Assembly: GCF_000189555.1 (NCBI RefSeq)
Contig: NC_017276.1
Direction: 5' to 3' (one strand)
DNA length: 64,000 bases
Source: Saccharolobus islandicus REY15A
GTDB taxonomy: Archaea > Thermoproteota > Thermoprotei_A > Sulfolobales > Sulfolobaceae
Below the pieces are notes generated by a model. That model was not told the DNA's origin and did no database searches. It saw only the letters and a list, made by a program, of their open reading frames with translations. The position numbers were made by a program, and so were the translations under genes. Below, in pieces: positions 1 to 10,776 of the stretch (the first letter of the stretch is position 1; every line of letters begins with the position of its first letter).

Positions 1-525
1 TATCTCCTTCGTAAAAGCGTAAACTCCAACTAAAGCTAAATCGGAAATTTTCTCCTTAGGCTTTTCAACTAGCTTAACCACTTTACCGTCTTTTATTACA
101 GCTACGCCGAAGCGGTTAGGGTTATCTACTTTGGCTAAAAGTATAGATGCCGAGCCTTTGAAGGAAAGGAAGGACGGAAAACGATCGTAAGGAACTATAT
201 TATCTCCTAAATATACCAAAAATTTATCGTCAGTTATTAGATCTTTCACTTTATATACTGCATCAGCCAATCCCCTAGCCTTACCTTGATAAACGTATGT
301 TATGTTAACTCCGAAACTCGAGCCGTCACCGTAATACTCTACCACCTTATTCGGATTATTATCACCAAGAATTATTATAATATCGTGAATACCGGAATCC
401 CTTAACTGCTCTAAAACCCACTGGGACACAGGCTTTCCTGCAATTTTTATCAACTGCTTAGGCCCGGTATGAGTTAAAGGCCTTAACCTAGTACCCTGAC
501 CACCGTGTAAGATTACTCCCTGCAA
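1..525 (-). CDS. rfbA: Glucose-1-phosphate thymidylyltransferase (RfbA/RmlA), 5' part; runs off the window edge
   Basis: Not in the ORF track. Manual translation from TTG at 525 gives (M)QGVILHGGQGTRLRPLTHTGPKQLIKIAG...VYLGDN...LVEKPK, the nucleotidyltransferase GxGTRL signature. It abuts the rfbD stop. Confidence 0.92.
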   Translation of the reverse strand, partial: MQGVILHGGQGTRLRPLTHTGPKQLIKIAGKPVSQWVLEQLRDSGIHDIIIILGDNNPNKVVEYYGDGSSFGVNITYVYQGKARGLADAVYKVKDLITDDKFLVYLGDNIVPYDRFPSFLSFKGSASILLAKVDNPNRFGVAVIKDGKVVKLVEKPKEKISDLALVGVYAFTKEI

Positions 526-1350
526 TTAAACCACCATATAACGCAAATTCTCATCTAAAGAATAAAAGTCAACTGAAAGGATTTTCTTAGCTTTAGAAAT
601 GTCCAAAGAGGAGTCAAAGGGCCTCTTAGCTACCCAGCCTTTAACGTCATCGACTTCCTTTACGCTACCGCCTAGATTGAACTTCTCCTTAATCTTCATT
701 GCCAAATCCACTCTTGAAATCCTCTCGCCCGCAACGTTCAATATCCCCGTTTTCCTATAATCGATTAATTCAGAAATTGCCTCAGCTAGTTTTCTGGCAG
801 AAATTGGTGAATAGTAACCCTTAAATGCGGAAACCTCCTTGCCTTCTTTCAAAGTCTTATAAACGTAAATGGGAAAACCTTTATGTCTAAATACTCCGGA
901 AGTCCTTAATACGAGGGTATCATCGTAAGATAATGCGTAGGTTTCGCCAAGAAGCTTACTTAGGCCGTAATAATTAATAGGATTAGGCAAGTCATCTTCC
1001 TTGTAAAGCCCCTTTTCGCCGTCAAATACGTAATCAGTACTTATGTGAATGAGGTAAGCCTCAACAACGCGGGAAGCTCTAACAATGTGCTTTACTGCCT
1101 CAGCGTTTACCTTAAAGGCTAAACCCCTCTCTATCCCACACTTATCTACGTCAGTTAGTGAGGCTGTGTTTATTATAACGTCCGGCTTCTTTTTAATAAT
1201 GAAATCCTCGACGGCCGAATAATTGGTTAAATCTAGCTTATAACCGCCCTGCACTTCCTTCGTGTTGTACACCTTGATGAGATCACCTTTTAAGACTTCA
1301 GAAAGCTCAATGCCCAACTGCCCAGACGCACCAGTTATTAATATTCGCAT
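526..1350 (-). CDS. rfbD: dTDP-4-dehydrorhamnose reductase
   Basis: GASGQLG Rossmann motif, HISTDYVFDG, YGLSKLLGE (YxxxK). Confidence 0.93.
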   Translation of the reverse strand: MRILITGASGQLGIELSEVLKGDLIKVYNTKEVQGGYKLDLTNYSAVEDFIIKKKPDVIINTASLTDVDKCGIERGLAFKVNAEAVKHIVRASRVVEAYLIHISTDYVFDGEKGLYKEDDLPNPINYYGLSKLLGETYALSYDDTLVLRTSGVFRHKGFPIYVYKTLKEGKEVSAFKGYYSPISARKLAEAISELIDYRKTGILNVAGERISRVDLAMKIKEKFNLGGSVKEVDDVKGWVAKRPFDSSLDISKAKKILSVDFYSLDENLRYMVV

Positions 1351-1703
1351 GATATAAAATGATACAAAATTAATATAATTAAGGTTTTGGTATCCAATAT
1401 CTCGTTATAACGTTCTCGTAGTACCTGCTTCCATCCCTAGTGAACTTCCTATATGTAATACTTAACTGTCTCTAAACTTTTTGTAAAATTCTGAAAAATT
1501 CATAGAGCAGATATCCAATGCTTTGCGGAATTCCTCAGCTTTTCTCATGGAAAGTACAACTATCTTTTACTCGAGGTTTATTTTTCCTCCTTCCATTCCG
1601 CACTAATTGCTCTACTCCGTTTTACTACTATTAATGTAAAGCACATATCCCTAACATGACCTAACTGAATCAATTGAGGAAAGTGTCAAAGCTTTATGTT
1701 TTA

Positions 1704-2240
1704 TTACCAATCCTCAAATACTTCTGCTTTTTCTAATGGTGGGCATTTTGCATCTTTTTCGCTGATTATTACGCTTTTTATAGGCCAGTCGATCATTGTG
1801 TAATTTATGCACCTCTCGTGAGGTGGTGAATACTCGTTATGCGTTACGAAATATAACACAGTAGACTCTTCTAGTGCTTGGAAGCCGTGTGCAAATCCTG
1901 GTGGTATCCATAACATGTAATGGTTATCCTCACTTAGTTCGGCATAAACGTACTTACCGAAGCTTTTAGATTTCTTCCTTATGTCTACTGCTACGTCTAT
2001 TATTCTTCCCTTCAATACCGTAACTATCTTACCTTGCTCTTTCGGCGGTAATTGATAATGCAAACCCCTTACGACTCCGGCTTTTGAGAAAGAAACGTTT
2101 ACTTGTAATGGTGATGAGATGTTCATTTTCTTAAAGTCGGACTCCTTAAATATTTCCTTGAAATAACCTCTATTATCCGGAAATACTTTTGGCTTTATCA
2201 AAAGCACGCCTAAACCTAGTTCCTCGAATTCAAAAGGCAT
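1704..2240 (-). CDS. rfbC: dTDP-4-dehydrorhamnose 3,5-epimerase
   Basis: DNRGYF, RGLHYQ, VAVDIR and GFAHGF cupin motifs. Confidence 0.94.
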   Translation of the reverse strand: MPFEFEELGLGVLLIKPKVFPDNRGYFKEIFKESDFKKMNISSPLQVNVSFSKAGVVRGLHYQLPPKEQGKIVTVLKGRIIDVAVDIRKKSKSFGKYVYAELSEDNHYMLWIPPGFAHGFQALEESTVLYFVTHNEYSPPHERCINYTMIDWPIKSVIISEKDAKCPPLEKAEVFEDW

Positions 2241-2339
2241 TAAGATTAGAGACAGTAAGTAATTTAAAAACTTTTTAGCTCAGAAAGTCCACACTGAGTG
2301 ATTGAATTTAAAAGTAAGACTTCACACCCTCTCCTCTAA

Positions 2340-3059
2340 TTAACTATTCTCAGCAACTATAAACATGTGAGAAGCTAAAGAAGGAATGCGTGAAAACACC
2401 TTGTCGATTTTAGTTAAAAAGCCGGATAATCCGTCAGCCTCAACGCCTCTGATTTCAACTACATTAAAACCAAAGTACTTTAAATAATCTAACATTGCCT
2501 TCAAAGTAAAAGACTTAATATGTCCGTTGGTTTGATCCTTAAACTTCAACCTCCCAAAACCACCTAAAAATGAAACGTCATGAGAAAATGGTTGATAGCC
2601 TAATAACAGAACTAACCTATTTATCCATGAGGACAAGTTTGGAGTACTTAAGATCAGTATACCACCTTTCTTTAACACTCTTTTTATTTCGCTAATTATT
2701 AAATCGGAGTTGTAAAGGTGTTCTATCACCTCCTCAAAAATTACTACATCAATTGAAGCGTCCCCTAAAGGAATCTTACTGACGTTTACGTCGAGTATAA
2801 ATGGAGTTATGCCTTTCTTTCTAATTTCTGCATCAGCAGAAGAGGCTATTTCCACACAGTAAGCGTTTTTGAAATGAAACTTATTAACGTAATAAGATAA
2901 GTTCTCTCCAGTACCGCAGCCTATTTCTAATATCGACTCTTTATTTTTTGCGAATTTTTCAATCGCCTCCTCCGTTAGTTTTATCCTTCTCAGCATATGT
3001 GAGGTTAGCTCTAACTTAGCGTAGTGGCGCTCATAGAATTCCTTTATTGGGTCTTTCAT
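2340..3059 (-). CDS. Class I SAM-dependent methyltransferase (Methyltransf_11-like)
   Basis: ILEIGCGTG motif I, EVIEHL, RVLKKGGILILSTPN. Confidence 0.85.
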   Translation of the reverse strand: MKDPIKEFYERHYAKLELTSHMLRRIKLTEEAIEKFAKNKESILEIGCGTGENLSYYVNKFHFKNAYCVEIASSADAEIRKKGITPFILDVNVSKIPLGDASIDVVIFEEVIEHLYNSDLIISEIKRVLKKGGILILSTPNLSSWINRLVLLLGYQPFSHDVSFLGGFGRLKFKDQTNGHIKSFTLKAMLDYLKYFGFNVVEIRGVEADGLSGFLTKIDKVFSRIPSLASHMFIVAENS

Positions 3060-3106
3060 TATGCGTAAGTTGAAGTTTTTAATATTTAAAAACCTATTGT
3101 GGAAAT

Positions 3107-3502
3107 GTGGAGCTCATACCCCCTAAACGATTGCTCAAATTAATAAAGCAATATAGTACTACTTTCAAGAACTGGTATTCAGTAATGCTTAGTATTTATC
3201 TTCACAAGAAGAAAATAAAATGTAAGTTAAGAAATGGGCAAGTAGTATATTTAGAACCAAATGAAGTAGTCTTGTTAGCTGGATTGAAAATTGTTGAACT
3301 CAATGAAGATAGTGTGAGATTCCAATTTAATGGAAGGGAAATTTATTTGAAGGGTTGGAGACTAAGTTACCTTGGAGATTCCTTCTCAGATTATTGGAGA
3401 ATAAACGTTAAGGGGAAGAGAGTGTTAGATATAAGGGCTAAGATAGGAGATTGTCCAAGAGTCCCTAGAGTTAATCCACTATGGCTAACTTACAGTGTAT
3501 AA
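3107..3502 (+). pseudogene. FkbM-family methyltransferase, N-terminal fragment
   Basis: Ends just after a degenerate motif I (GKRVLDIRAKIGD), then unrelated sequence. Confidence 0.6.
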
Positions 3503-3643
3503 CTCGTATTAATCTATATCATAACACGTTAAGTGTGCTTTATTAAATATTTATATCGGATATCGGATAATTACGTATGATAGTTGATCTGCAGCCTTTC
3601 GCAAAAGTTCCTGCTAAGGCAATTCTTTTGAGGAGAAGCGATT

Positions 3644-4370
3644 TTGCAGCGTTTTACCAAAGTAATAATAGAAAATATTTACTCTCCTTTACTTTCTAAC
3701 ATTAGAGAAGGAGATATAGTTATCGACGCGGGGGCAAACATAGGCTTATTTTCCATCTTAGCCTCTTTTAAGGTAAAGGATAAAGGGAGGGTTATAGCCA
3801 TAGAGCCAGAGCCTAATAACCTAAAAATCTTAATGCAAAATGTGGAACTAAATAATCTGGACAATGTAATTGTAATTCCTAAAGCACTTTACGACAAACC
3901 GGGTAGAAAAGGTTAGCATGAAGGGTGAAGGTGTCGGTGCTTATGTATTTGAAGACGGTGAAGGTATGGTTGAGACAACCACTCTTGATGAAATAATGGA
4001 AGAAACTGGCCTAAAACCTAGAATACTAAAAATGGATATAGAAGGTGCTGAAGGTAAAGCACTTATCGGTGGCATAAACACAGTAAAGTACCTAGAACTC
4101 ATTGAAATGGAAGTTCATGATGAGGAAAACATGAAAAAGGTTGAGGAAATATTAACCGGATTTAGGAAGAGAGAGCTAGCAATAGAGGATTTAGGGAATG
4201 TATACAAGCAGTTCTTAAAACACCCCTTCAAGATACTTAGGATTGAGATGGCTAACCGTTTTTCTACCACTAAACGCGTGTTGTTATCGAAAATTAAAAA
4301 AGAAAGTAGTGACACAGCTCATTACCCTAAACAGATAGTCTATTACAAGCTAAGGAGTGATTTTTCTTAA
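3644..4370 (+). pseudogene. FkbM-family methyltransferase split by a +1 frameshift near 3907-3912
   Basis: VIDAGANIGLFS and IAIEPEPNN in ORF1; LKMDIEGAE and IEMEVH in ORF2. Removing one base at AAAAGG restores G-R-K-V-S-M-K. Confidence 0.85.
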
Positions 4371-4477
4371 TCTCACGGTGAATATTAACACTGAATTATT
4401 TTAATAGATGAAAAATAAATTAAGTTGTATCTAAAAGGTATATGTACAGTAATTAAAAATGGCTTAACGGACTTTGA

Positions 4478-5400
4478 TTATAACTTTCTCTTTCTTAATA
4501 CGATATATAATATAATACCTAGATCAAGTATGAAATTAATAACTAGTTGTGGTAGTAGGCTGGGATAACTGAGGTTTATACTAGGATATGTAGTAAAAAT
4601 ATAGACATTAGCCGTTCCAAAATAGTAACTGCTCTCGTAAATATAATTTTTAACTTCAACAACGTGTGCATATGGTAAGAATTCAAACCATGGGTTAGCA
4701 AAGACAGAAATCCCGTACGCTGTAGGCGAATAATTGCCAGATTCAACGTTTATAGAGTTATTAACAATAGAAATTTCTTCCCTACTCTTAAGGATTGATA
4801 AAGCTTTATTGAATAAATTGTTATAACTCGAAGACGGGACTAGGGCTATTTTTACTATTCCGAGATTATTGCTGACTACGTGGATTTCGTGGTTTACTAA
4901 GTTTAATTTTCCTGCAAAAACCCAGTTAACATTATATACTGAATTACTTAACGATATGCTTAAAGTGTTTCCAGAATATATTTTAACGTTTCCACTAACT
5001 TCCTCATTAAACGTTGTCCCTACTGGTAAGATAAATACGTAATATTTACCATCCGGTATTTTTAAGGTTAAGTTTAAGGGTACTTCGTTACCTTCACTTA
5101 TCGCATCCATAATGTCTGGCGTCCAGAAAGGTGAGTCGTGAACCCAACCTTTGGTATAATATTGATTTAAATAAACATTCGATGCTGAGATTACATAAGA
5201 GGAATTAGTTATAAGCATAGGTATGAGGTCAATAGGAGAGAGATTATACCCTATGAATCCCTTAACATAAGGTAATATAGTCTGTAAATTATTAACATAA
5301 TAAAACGGAATAATTATAAAAGATGTGTTAAGTTCCGAAGCTTGTTCTAAAATTTCTGGACAAACAAAAGTATTATGTTTTCAAGAAGTTCAAAATAAAT
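4478..5400 (-). pseudogene. C-terminal fragment of a large membrane protein (extracellular domain plus C-terminal TM helix)
   Basis: The frame extends upstream of Met 5218 to ~5385, then is broken. Asn/Ser/Tyr-rich domain with a C-terminal hydrophobic helix, like 23169..25472. Confidence 0.55.
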
Positions 5401-5475
5401 TATTTTACAACTCTTAAGTATCGTTTCTCTTCTGCAATATGCAAGAAGATATATGAGGTTAATAACGTAAAGTTC

Positions 5476-5778
5476 GTGGGCCCGTTCTTCATTGTAAATT
5501 CGTCTTACGTCGAGAATGAAGGCGGCGAGCTATTTGACCCGACGTATATAAACGGAGTGGAAGATTTCGATTTCCTAACAAGAGTCCTACAAAGAGGAAG
5601 AATTCGAACCATAAAGGCAGACATAGAGCATATTGGTGGTGCCACGCTACAAAATACTTCAGTCAGAATGTGGAGAAATTACGCCAATTATGTGTACTTC
5701 AATTACAAGATAGAAAACGGTGACCTTAAAGTACCTAACGTCAGATTAAATGGGTCTGACATTCTAGCAAATATATAG
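5476..5778 (+). pseudogene. GT2 glycosyltransferase C-terminal fragment
   Basis: FDPTYINGVEDFDF and IEHIGGAT are GT2 C-terminal motifs; no N-terminal domain is present. Confidence 0.6.
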
Positions 5779-5852
5779 TCTCCTACAAAACGGAGTTTAA
5801 GATTAAAACCAGTCTTAAAAATATATATGTAGTATATTATGAGTAGTATATT

Positions 5853-6890
5853 ATGAGCAATCCAAAAGTAAGTGTAATCATTACAGCCCATTGGAGAGAC
5901 ACTTACATAGACAAAGCATTCGAGAGCGTTGTATCTCAAGACTTCGACAAGAAAGAAATAGAAGTAGTTTTAGTCCACAGATTTCCCTATAATTATAAGA
6001 TAAGAAAGATAGAAGAAAAAGCAGGAGTCTTTTACAAATTTATAAGTTATGAAACGAAAAGCGACCCCTTAGCATTCAAGATAAAAGAAGGAGTTGAACT
6101 AAGCAAAGGTGACATCATTTGCTTTCTTGAAGACGATGACATGTTCTCAGAGAACAAGTTAAAGTCAGTTGTTACAAAGTTCAATGAGATAGAAAATTTA
6201 GGATATTTTCATAACGATCACTATATAGTAGACGAAGAAGGAAATGTCTTATACAAATCGTTATTAAATAGAGAAAAATCCGTTTTGATTGACAATCAGA
6301 AGATACAAGATTTCGGAGCAAAATTTAGGGAAATATTTCTAGGTAAATCACCTCAATTCAACTCAAGCTCAATCTGTATGAAGAGGGATATCATTGGATT
6401 GGATTGGCTCGGAAAGTTTACGGGTAAACGAGCCGTAGATTTGCTACTTTTTCTCATGGCCTTAGAATCATCATCCATAATTTACCTATCAGACTTGAAG
6501 TTAACGTATTATAGAATTCATTCCCAACAAATGTCTCTTAACTTAGGCGGAAAGTCTAGGTATCAAAGAGCCTTAGAAAGTCTTAAAATCGATGAGGAAG
6601 TACTAAATGAACTTGAAGTCCTAAAAAGCATAGTTTCTTATGATACTAGTAAAAAGATACTAGATTATTATTTTTATTTACCAATTAAAATAAAAAGATA
6701 TGGTTTAATTAATATTTCAAAAAAAGAAAACAATGTGAAGGCTGCATTGACTTATCTTTATGTTTTAGCGAGGTATATAGGTTTAAGAGAAGCGATTCGA
6801 GCTGGGCTCTTTCCTATTTGGTTTCATTATGCGAGAGAACTTTATATAATTTTATCAGAAAAATTTAAGATTAAATATTTCAACAGATAA
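5853..6890 (+). CDS. GT2 glycosyltransferase
   Basis: VSVIITAH, GDIICFLEDDD (DxD region), LTYYRIH. Confidence 0.88.
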   Translation: MSNPKVSVIITAHWRDTYIDKAFESVVSQDFDKKEIEVVLVHRFPYNYKIRKIEEKAGVFYKFISYETKSDPLAFKIKEGVELSKGDIICFLEDDDMFSENKLKSVVTKFNEIENLGYFHNDHYIVDEEGNVLYKSLLNREKSVLIDNQKIQDFGAKFREIFLGKSPQFNSSSICMKRDIIGLDWLGKFTGKRAVDLLLFLMALESSSIIYLSDLKLTYYRIHSQQMSLNLGGKSRYQRALESLKIDEEVLNELEVLKSIVSYDTSKKILDYYFYLPIKIKRYGLINISKKENNVKAALTYLYVLARYIGLREAIRAGLFPIWFHYARELYIILSEKFKIKYFNR

Positions 6891-7029
6891 TTTTCATTAT
6901 TATACTATCTATTATAAAATCTAATTATTTAATAAATGATAGTAAATTAAATTAATAATCACTAAGAAATTTTACCATCTTTTAAATTATAATGAGGGGA
7001 ATTACGTTATATAGACACTGTAAAAAGTC

Positions 7030-7580
7030 AATTTCACTCTAGGCCATACAGATACTTTTTCCTACTTTAATACTAATGCTAAGTACTAAATATAAAACCT
7101 GGCATGTACTGAAAGATAATTACCTGCGTCTATTAACTCCGTGGGTTGATAGAAAATATTTGTAGCATTAACTGGCAAATTGAATGCTTTAATTTCTGGG
7201 TTTCCGATATCTTTCATCACCTGTTTGACAGTAGGATATATAATTCCACAAGTTCTTAAATATTCGAGAAGGAGAAGAAATCATATCAAAGTTCTTTTCA
7301 TTTTAACCGCTTCGCTCTTATCCTTTACTTACATTTACTTCTTTAGAGTAGGATAAATATACCCAGAAAAAGTACTGTATACTATACATTAGGCCTATAG
7401 CGACGAAACCTATTGAAGTCGAATGTAACGAATATAAGGGCAAGACATTTATTATCCCACTTGAAGCTCCTCCTATTACTAACAGTAAAATTTGCTAGTT
7501 TTATTCCTCGTAAAAAGAAGGAAAGAAAACATTAATATGAATAGTAAGATTCCAAGTATTTCGTATCTTTTTGGCGCATA
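7030..7580 (-). pseudogene. Degraded membrane/glycosyltransferase gene remnant
   Basis: Hydrophobic fragments on the minus strand with multiple stops; truncated by the IS6 at 7585. Confidence 0.3.
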
Positions 7581-7584
7581 AAGA

Positions 7585-8425
7585 GAGTGTGGACAACAAT
7601 TTTGTTAATCTAAAATGAATTATTTGTGCTTTATTAATAGAACGTTGATGATAATACCTTTTTAGGGTGAGCACGGGTAGTATTACTTGGGGGTGAGATT
7701 ACGGGAACTAGATGGAAGGTTCCCGTGCTCACCCAAGTAATACTAATATTAATGGAGTATATTAATCTTAAGCCAAGGTTTTACTCTAGGGAGACCGTAG
7801 CCTCTGCCTTGGCTAACTACGTTTCTGGATTATCCTCTTGGAAGGCAGTTTTACCCCATTCTACTCTGCTTTACTATCATAGGAGGTTGAGTTATGTTAA
7901 GTACGCTGTGCCATTGAGCGGGATTCACGCGATTGACGAGACTAAGGTGAGGCTAACTAATGGCCAGTATTATTACGTGTGGATTGTTAGGGATGTCAAA
8001 ACCAAGGGAATACCCTTCTTCATGGTTACTAGCGTTAGGAGTGGGGTACACGTCTTGGTAGTTCTTGTGAACATGAGTAGGGCTGAGGAAGTGGCAAGGA
8101 GAATATTTAAAGTGAGGGTGGATAAGGTAATTTACTTGCATGATGGAGCAGCAGCTTACAACGCCTTCTCATGGTTAAACGTGGAACACGAGAAGGTAAT
8201 GTTCAACGAGAGAGATTATGCAGAACAAGGGTTCAGAAGCTTGAAACATAGGCTTGCATCAATGGACTTCCACTTTCCTTGGAATTCTAACAAGTTTACA
8301 ATAACTAGGTGGTTATCAACATTCTTCCTAATATATAACATCCTTTACACCCCAACGTACTTGTTAGATAAGGGGGTGATAATAAATGTAAATATTTCAA
8401 ATGAATGAAATTGTTGTCCACACTG
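7585..8425 (+). mobile_element. IS6-family element (~841 bp)
   Basis: TIRs GAGTGTGGACAACAATTT / AAATTGTTGTCCACACTG; no matching flanking duplication. Confidence 0.88.
7725..8408 (+). CDS. IS6-family DDE transposase, apparently intact
   Basis: IDETKVR, YLHDG and AEQGFRSLK form the DDE triad. Confidence 0.88.
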   Translation: MLTQVILILMEYINLKPRFYSRETVASALANYVSGLSSWKAVLPHSTLLYYHRRLSYVKYAVPLSGIHAIDETKVRLTNGQYYYVWIVRDVKTKGIPFFMVTSVRSGVHVLVVLVNMSRAEEVARRIFKVRVDKVIYLHDGAAAYNAFSWLNVEHEKVMFNERDYAEQGFRSLKHRLASMDFHFPWNSNKFTITRWLSTFFLIYNILYTPTYLLDKGVIINVNISNE

Positions 8426-8782
8426 CTAAAACAAATACTAAAATATTTGATTCATTAGGCTCCTAGTCCGGTAGCTGCTGATAACCTAGAATCAGAACAA
8501 AAATACTTTATGCCTTTAAGTAATAATTGTTATAATAGTAGAACACATGTAAGATTAATAGAAAATTAATAATCACCATATTTTGTGGATTGTTTCAATT
8601 TTTATCAAAACTAGCGTTAAGCTTACTTTTAAGTCAACTCTTGATTTCGAATCTAAGAAAGTTTTAAGTGAGCTTAACATCTAAGAAAATTGAACTAGTT
8701 CACAAAGCATAACCGATAAAAATTCGCTAAAGTAAGACTATAAATAAACTTGCTTGAAAGAGAGTGAGGGTGATAGTCTTTA

Positions 8783-9691
8783 TTACCGTTTATTTTCACA
8801 GAGATAAAGTTTATCTGAAACTCTCTTACACTCAAATTTTTCGTTAAATTTTCCAAGTATCTTTTCCTTTTCTTTTCCCTTAAAATGCAGCTCGAACAAT
8901 ATATAATGGAAATTTATTAAGTCTTCATAGGAATTCATGATTATGTCTTTCTCGCATCCTTCACAGTCCATTTTTAGAAGATAAGGATCGTTTACGTCTA
9001 TTTCTGATAGGGTTATCATGTCTACCATGCAACCCTCACGCTCTTGAGTTATCTTATATGAGCCACTATTATTAGATCCCAAATTGCAAGGTACTACAAC
9101 CTTTCCTTTTTTACTACCGATTGCGGCGTTTATGAGTTTCACGTTATCTAATTTGTTAAGCTTTACGTTTTCAACAGCTTCTTTATAAACATCTGGTAAT
9201 GGTTCTATACCTATCACCTCCTTAGCACCTTTAAGTGCAAAGAAAATACTTGAATCACCTATGTTAGCTCCTATATCAACTACTCCTTTACCTTTCAAGT
9301 CTATTATGTCATATACGTGATACTCAAAGATTTCAATGGCAGAGTAATTTAACGATTTCAATTTAACTCCATTTTTCTCTACGTAACCTTCATGGATATC
9401 CCAACCGTATATTACACTTAATAATAAAGTGCTATGGTTTAAGTTCCTAGGTTTACCTATGTCTACCTCACGATCATTTACTATTATTTTATCTTTTGAG
9501 ATTTGAAACGATTTTATTCTCCCGCTAGCTAATTCTCTTGCTAATAACGCGAATGCACCCCTATCAACAGTTATACCTCCGCTAAGCTTAATTAACTGAT
9601 AGCCTTTAAAGTACTGTATTGTAGGTCTATAAAAACCAGGTATTAATCTTAAGCCTCTTATAAATGCTATGATCTCGTCTTTTAATTTCAT
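8783..9691 (-). CDS. FkbM-family methyltransferase
   Basis: VVDIGANIGDSSIFFA, IGIEP, LLKMDCEGCE. Confidence 0.88.
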   Translation of the reverse strand: MKLKDEIIAFIRGLRLIPGFYRPTIQYFKGYQLIKLSGGITVDRGAFALLARELASGRIKSFQISKDKIIVNDREVDIGKPRNLNHSTLLLSVIYGWDIHEGYVEKNGVKLKSLNYSAIEIFEYHVYDIIDLKGKGVVDIGANIGDSSIFFALKGAKEVIGIEPLPDVYKEAVENVKLNKLDNVKLINAAIGSKKGKVVVPCNLGSNNSGSYKITQEREGCMVDMITLSEIDVNDPYLLKMDCEGCEKDIIMNSYEDLINFHYILFELHFKGKEKEKILGKFNEKFECKRVSDKLYLCENKR

Positions 9692-9766
9692 ACTATCAGA
9701 TGATTAGATAAACTCTTATAAATTAAACTTTAAGTCTCTTACTATAACTACAAATTATGGTTAAAG

Positions 9767-9807
9767 TTAGTGTTGCTATCCCTACTTACAATAGGAAGGA
9801 AAAGCCA
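9767..9807 (+). pseudogene. First ~13 codons of a GT2 gene, cut off by the IS1 element
   Basis: ATGGTTAAAGTTAGTGTTGCTATCCCTACTTACAATAGGAAG encodes MVKVSVAIPTYNRK, the same peptide as the start of the GT2 at 16816. Confidence 0.75.
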
Positions 9808-10135
9808 TAGTGTCGTCATTAGGGTATAAATTCTTGTATTACTAGTATTACTTATGGGTAGGAAGTCTGTATTTAGGCAAGACATTTCTTGTCCCTCTTG
9901 TGGTTCTCATCATGTTGTTAAGTGTGGTAAGTCTTGGGGTAGGCAGAAGTATTTGTGTAGGGATTGTGGTAAGCGTTTTTTGGGTGATACTTCTAGGCAT
10001 CATTATCATAAGAGGGTTAGGGAGGAGGCTTTAAAGATGTATGCTAATGGTATGAGTATGAGGGCTATTTCTAGGGTTCTTAACGTACCTCTGGGTACTG
10101 TGTTTACTTGGATTAAGCGTTATGGTAGGCAAAGG
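9808..10135 (+). mobile_element. IS1-family (ISC796-like) 5' fragment with zinc-ribbon/HTH N-terminus
   Basis: ORF 9854..: CPSC...CRDC zinc finger plus HTH; cut at 10135 by an IS6-type MITE. Confidence 0.8.
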
Positions 10136-10346
10136 GAGTGTGGTCAACAATTTCATTTATTTGAAATTTATTAAAAATTGCCTTAAAGCCTCCTCCTTTG
10201 AACACTTTAATTTTATAATAAAAATTTTAATTGAAATTGAAATTGTTACTACTTACTTTATTAACTGACAAATCTTGTGATGAATTGAAATTAAATTCAC
10301 ACTTTATATAATTTATACTGAATTAACAAAATTGTTGTCCACACTC
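10136..10346. mobile_element. ~211 bp non-autonomous MITE with IS6-type TIRs, copy 1
   Basis: GAGTGTGGTCAACAATTT ... AAATTGTTGTCCACACTC; AT-rich non-coding interior; near-identical to 31460..31668. Confidence 0.85.
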
Positions 10347-10776
10347 GAAAATATAAAAGTTAACAACTTAGAAAATATTCAAGTCGTTAATATATCGTGA
10401 GGAAAAAATGGATTTGTGAATACTGATAAATCTAGGAGAAGGACTAACTCCGTCGATAAATATGAATAAGGGTTTTAGAATATCCCTCATATTCACTGAA
10501 AATCTCAATACAGAAATTTAATATAAACAAGGGATGCACATCTAAGATAGATTGTGAAGAATGTGAGTATGAATTTCTAATGGACTAAGATCGCTCTGCG
10601 TTAATGAAATTAACCAGATTGTAACGGAATACATTATGGTTACGAACAGTTAAAGAAAAATTGGAGAGAGCTAGATTTAGAGTGAAAGTTATCAGATTGG
10701 TGTTCTGTATTAATTATCTTGGAAAAATGTTAGCCATGGGTAGATTATATGCTCTAAATAAAGAATAATATATTAA

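Noticed and set aside
1380-1700. Possible rfbB or small gene between rfbD and rfbC
   Set aside because: Only short broken frames with no dehydratase motifs; rfbB may lie beyond the left edge.
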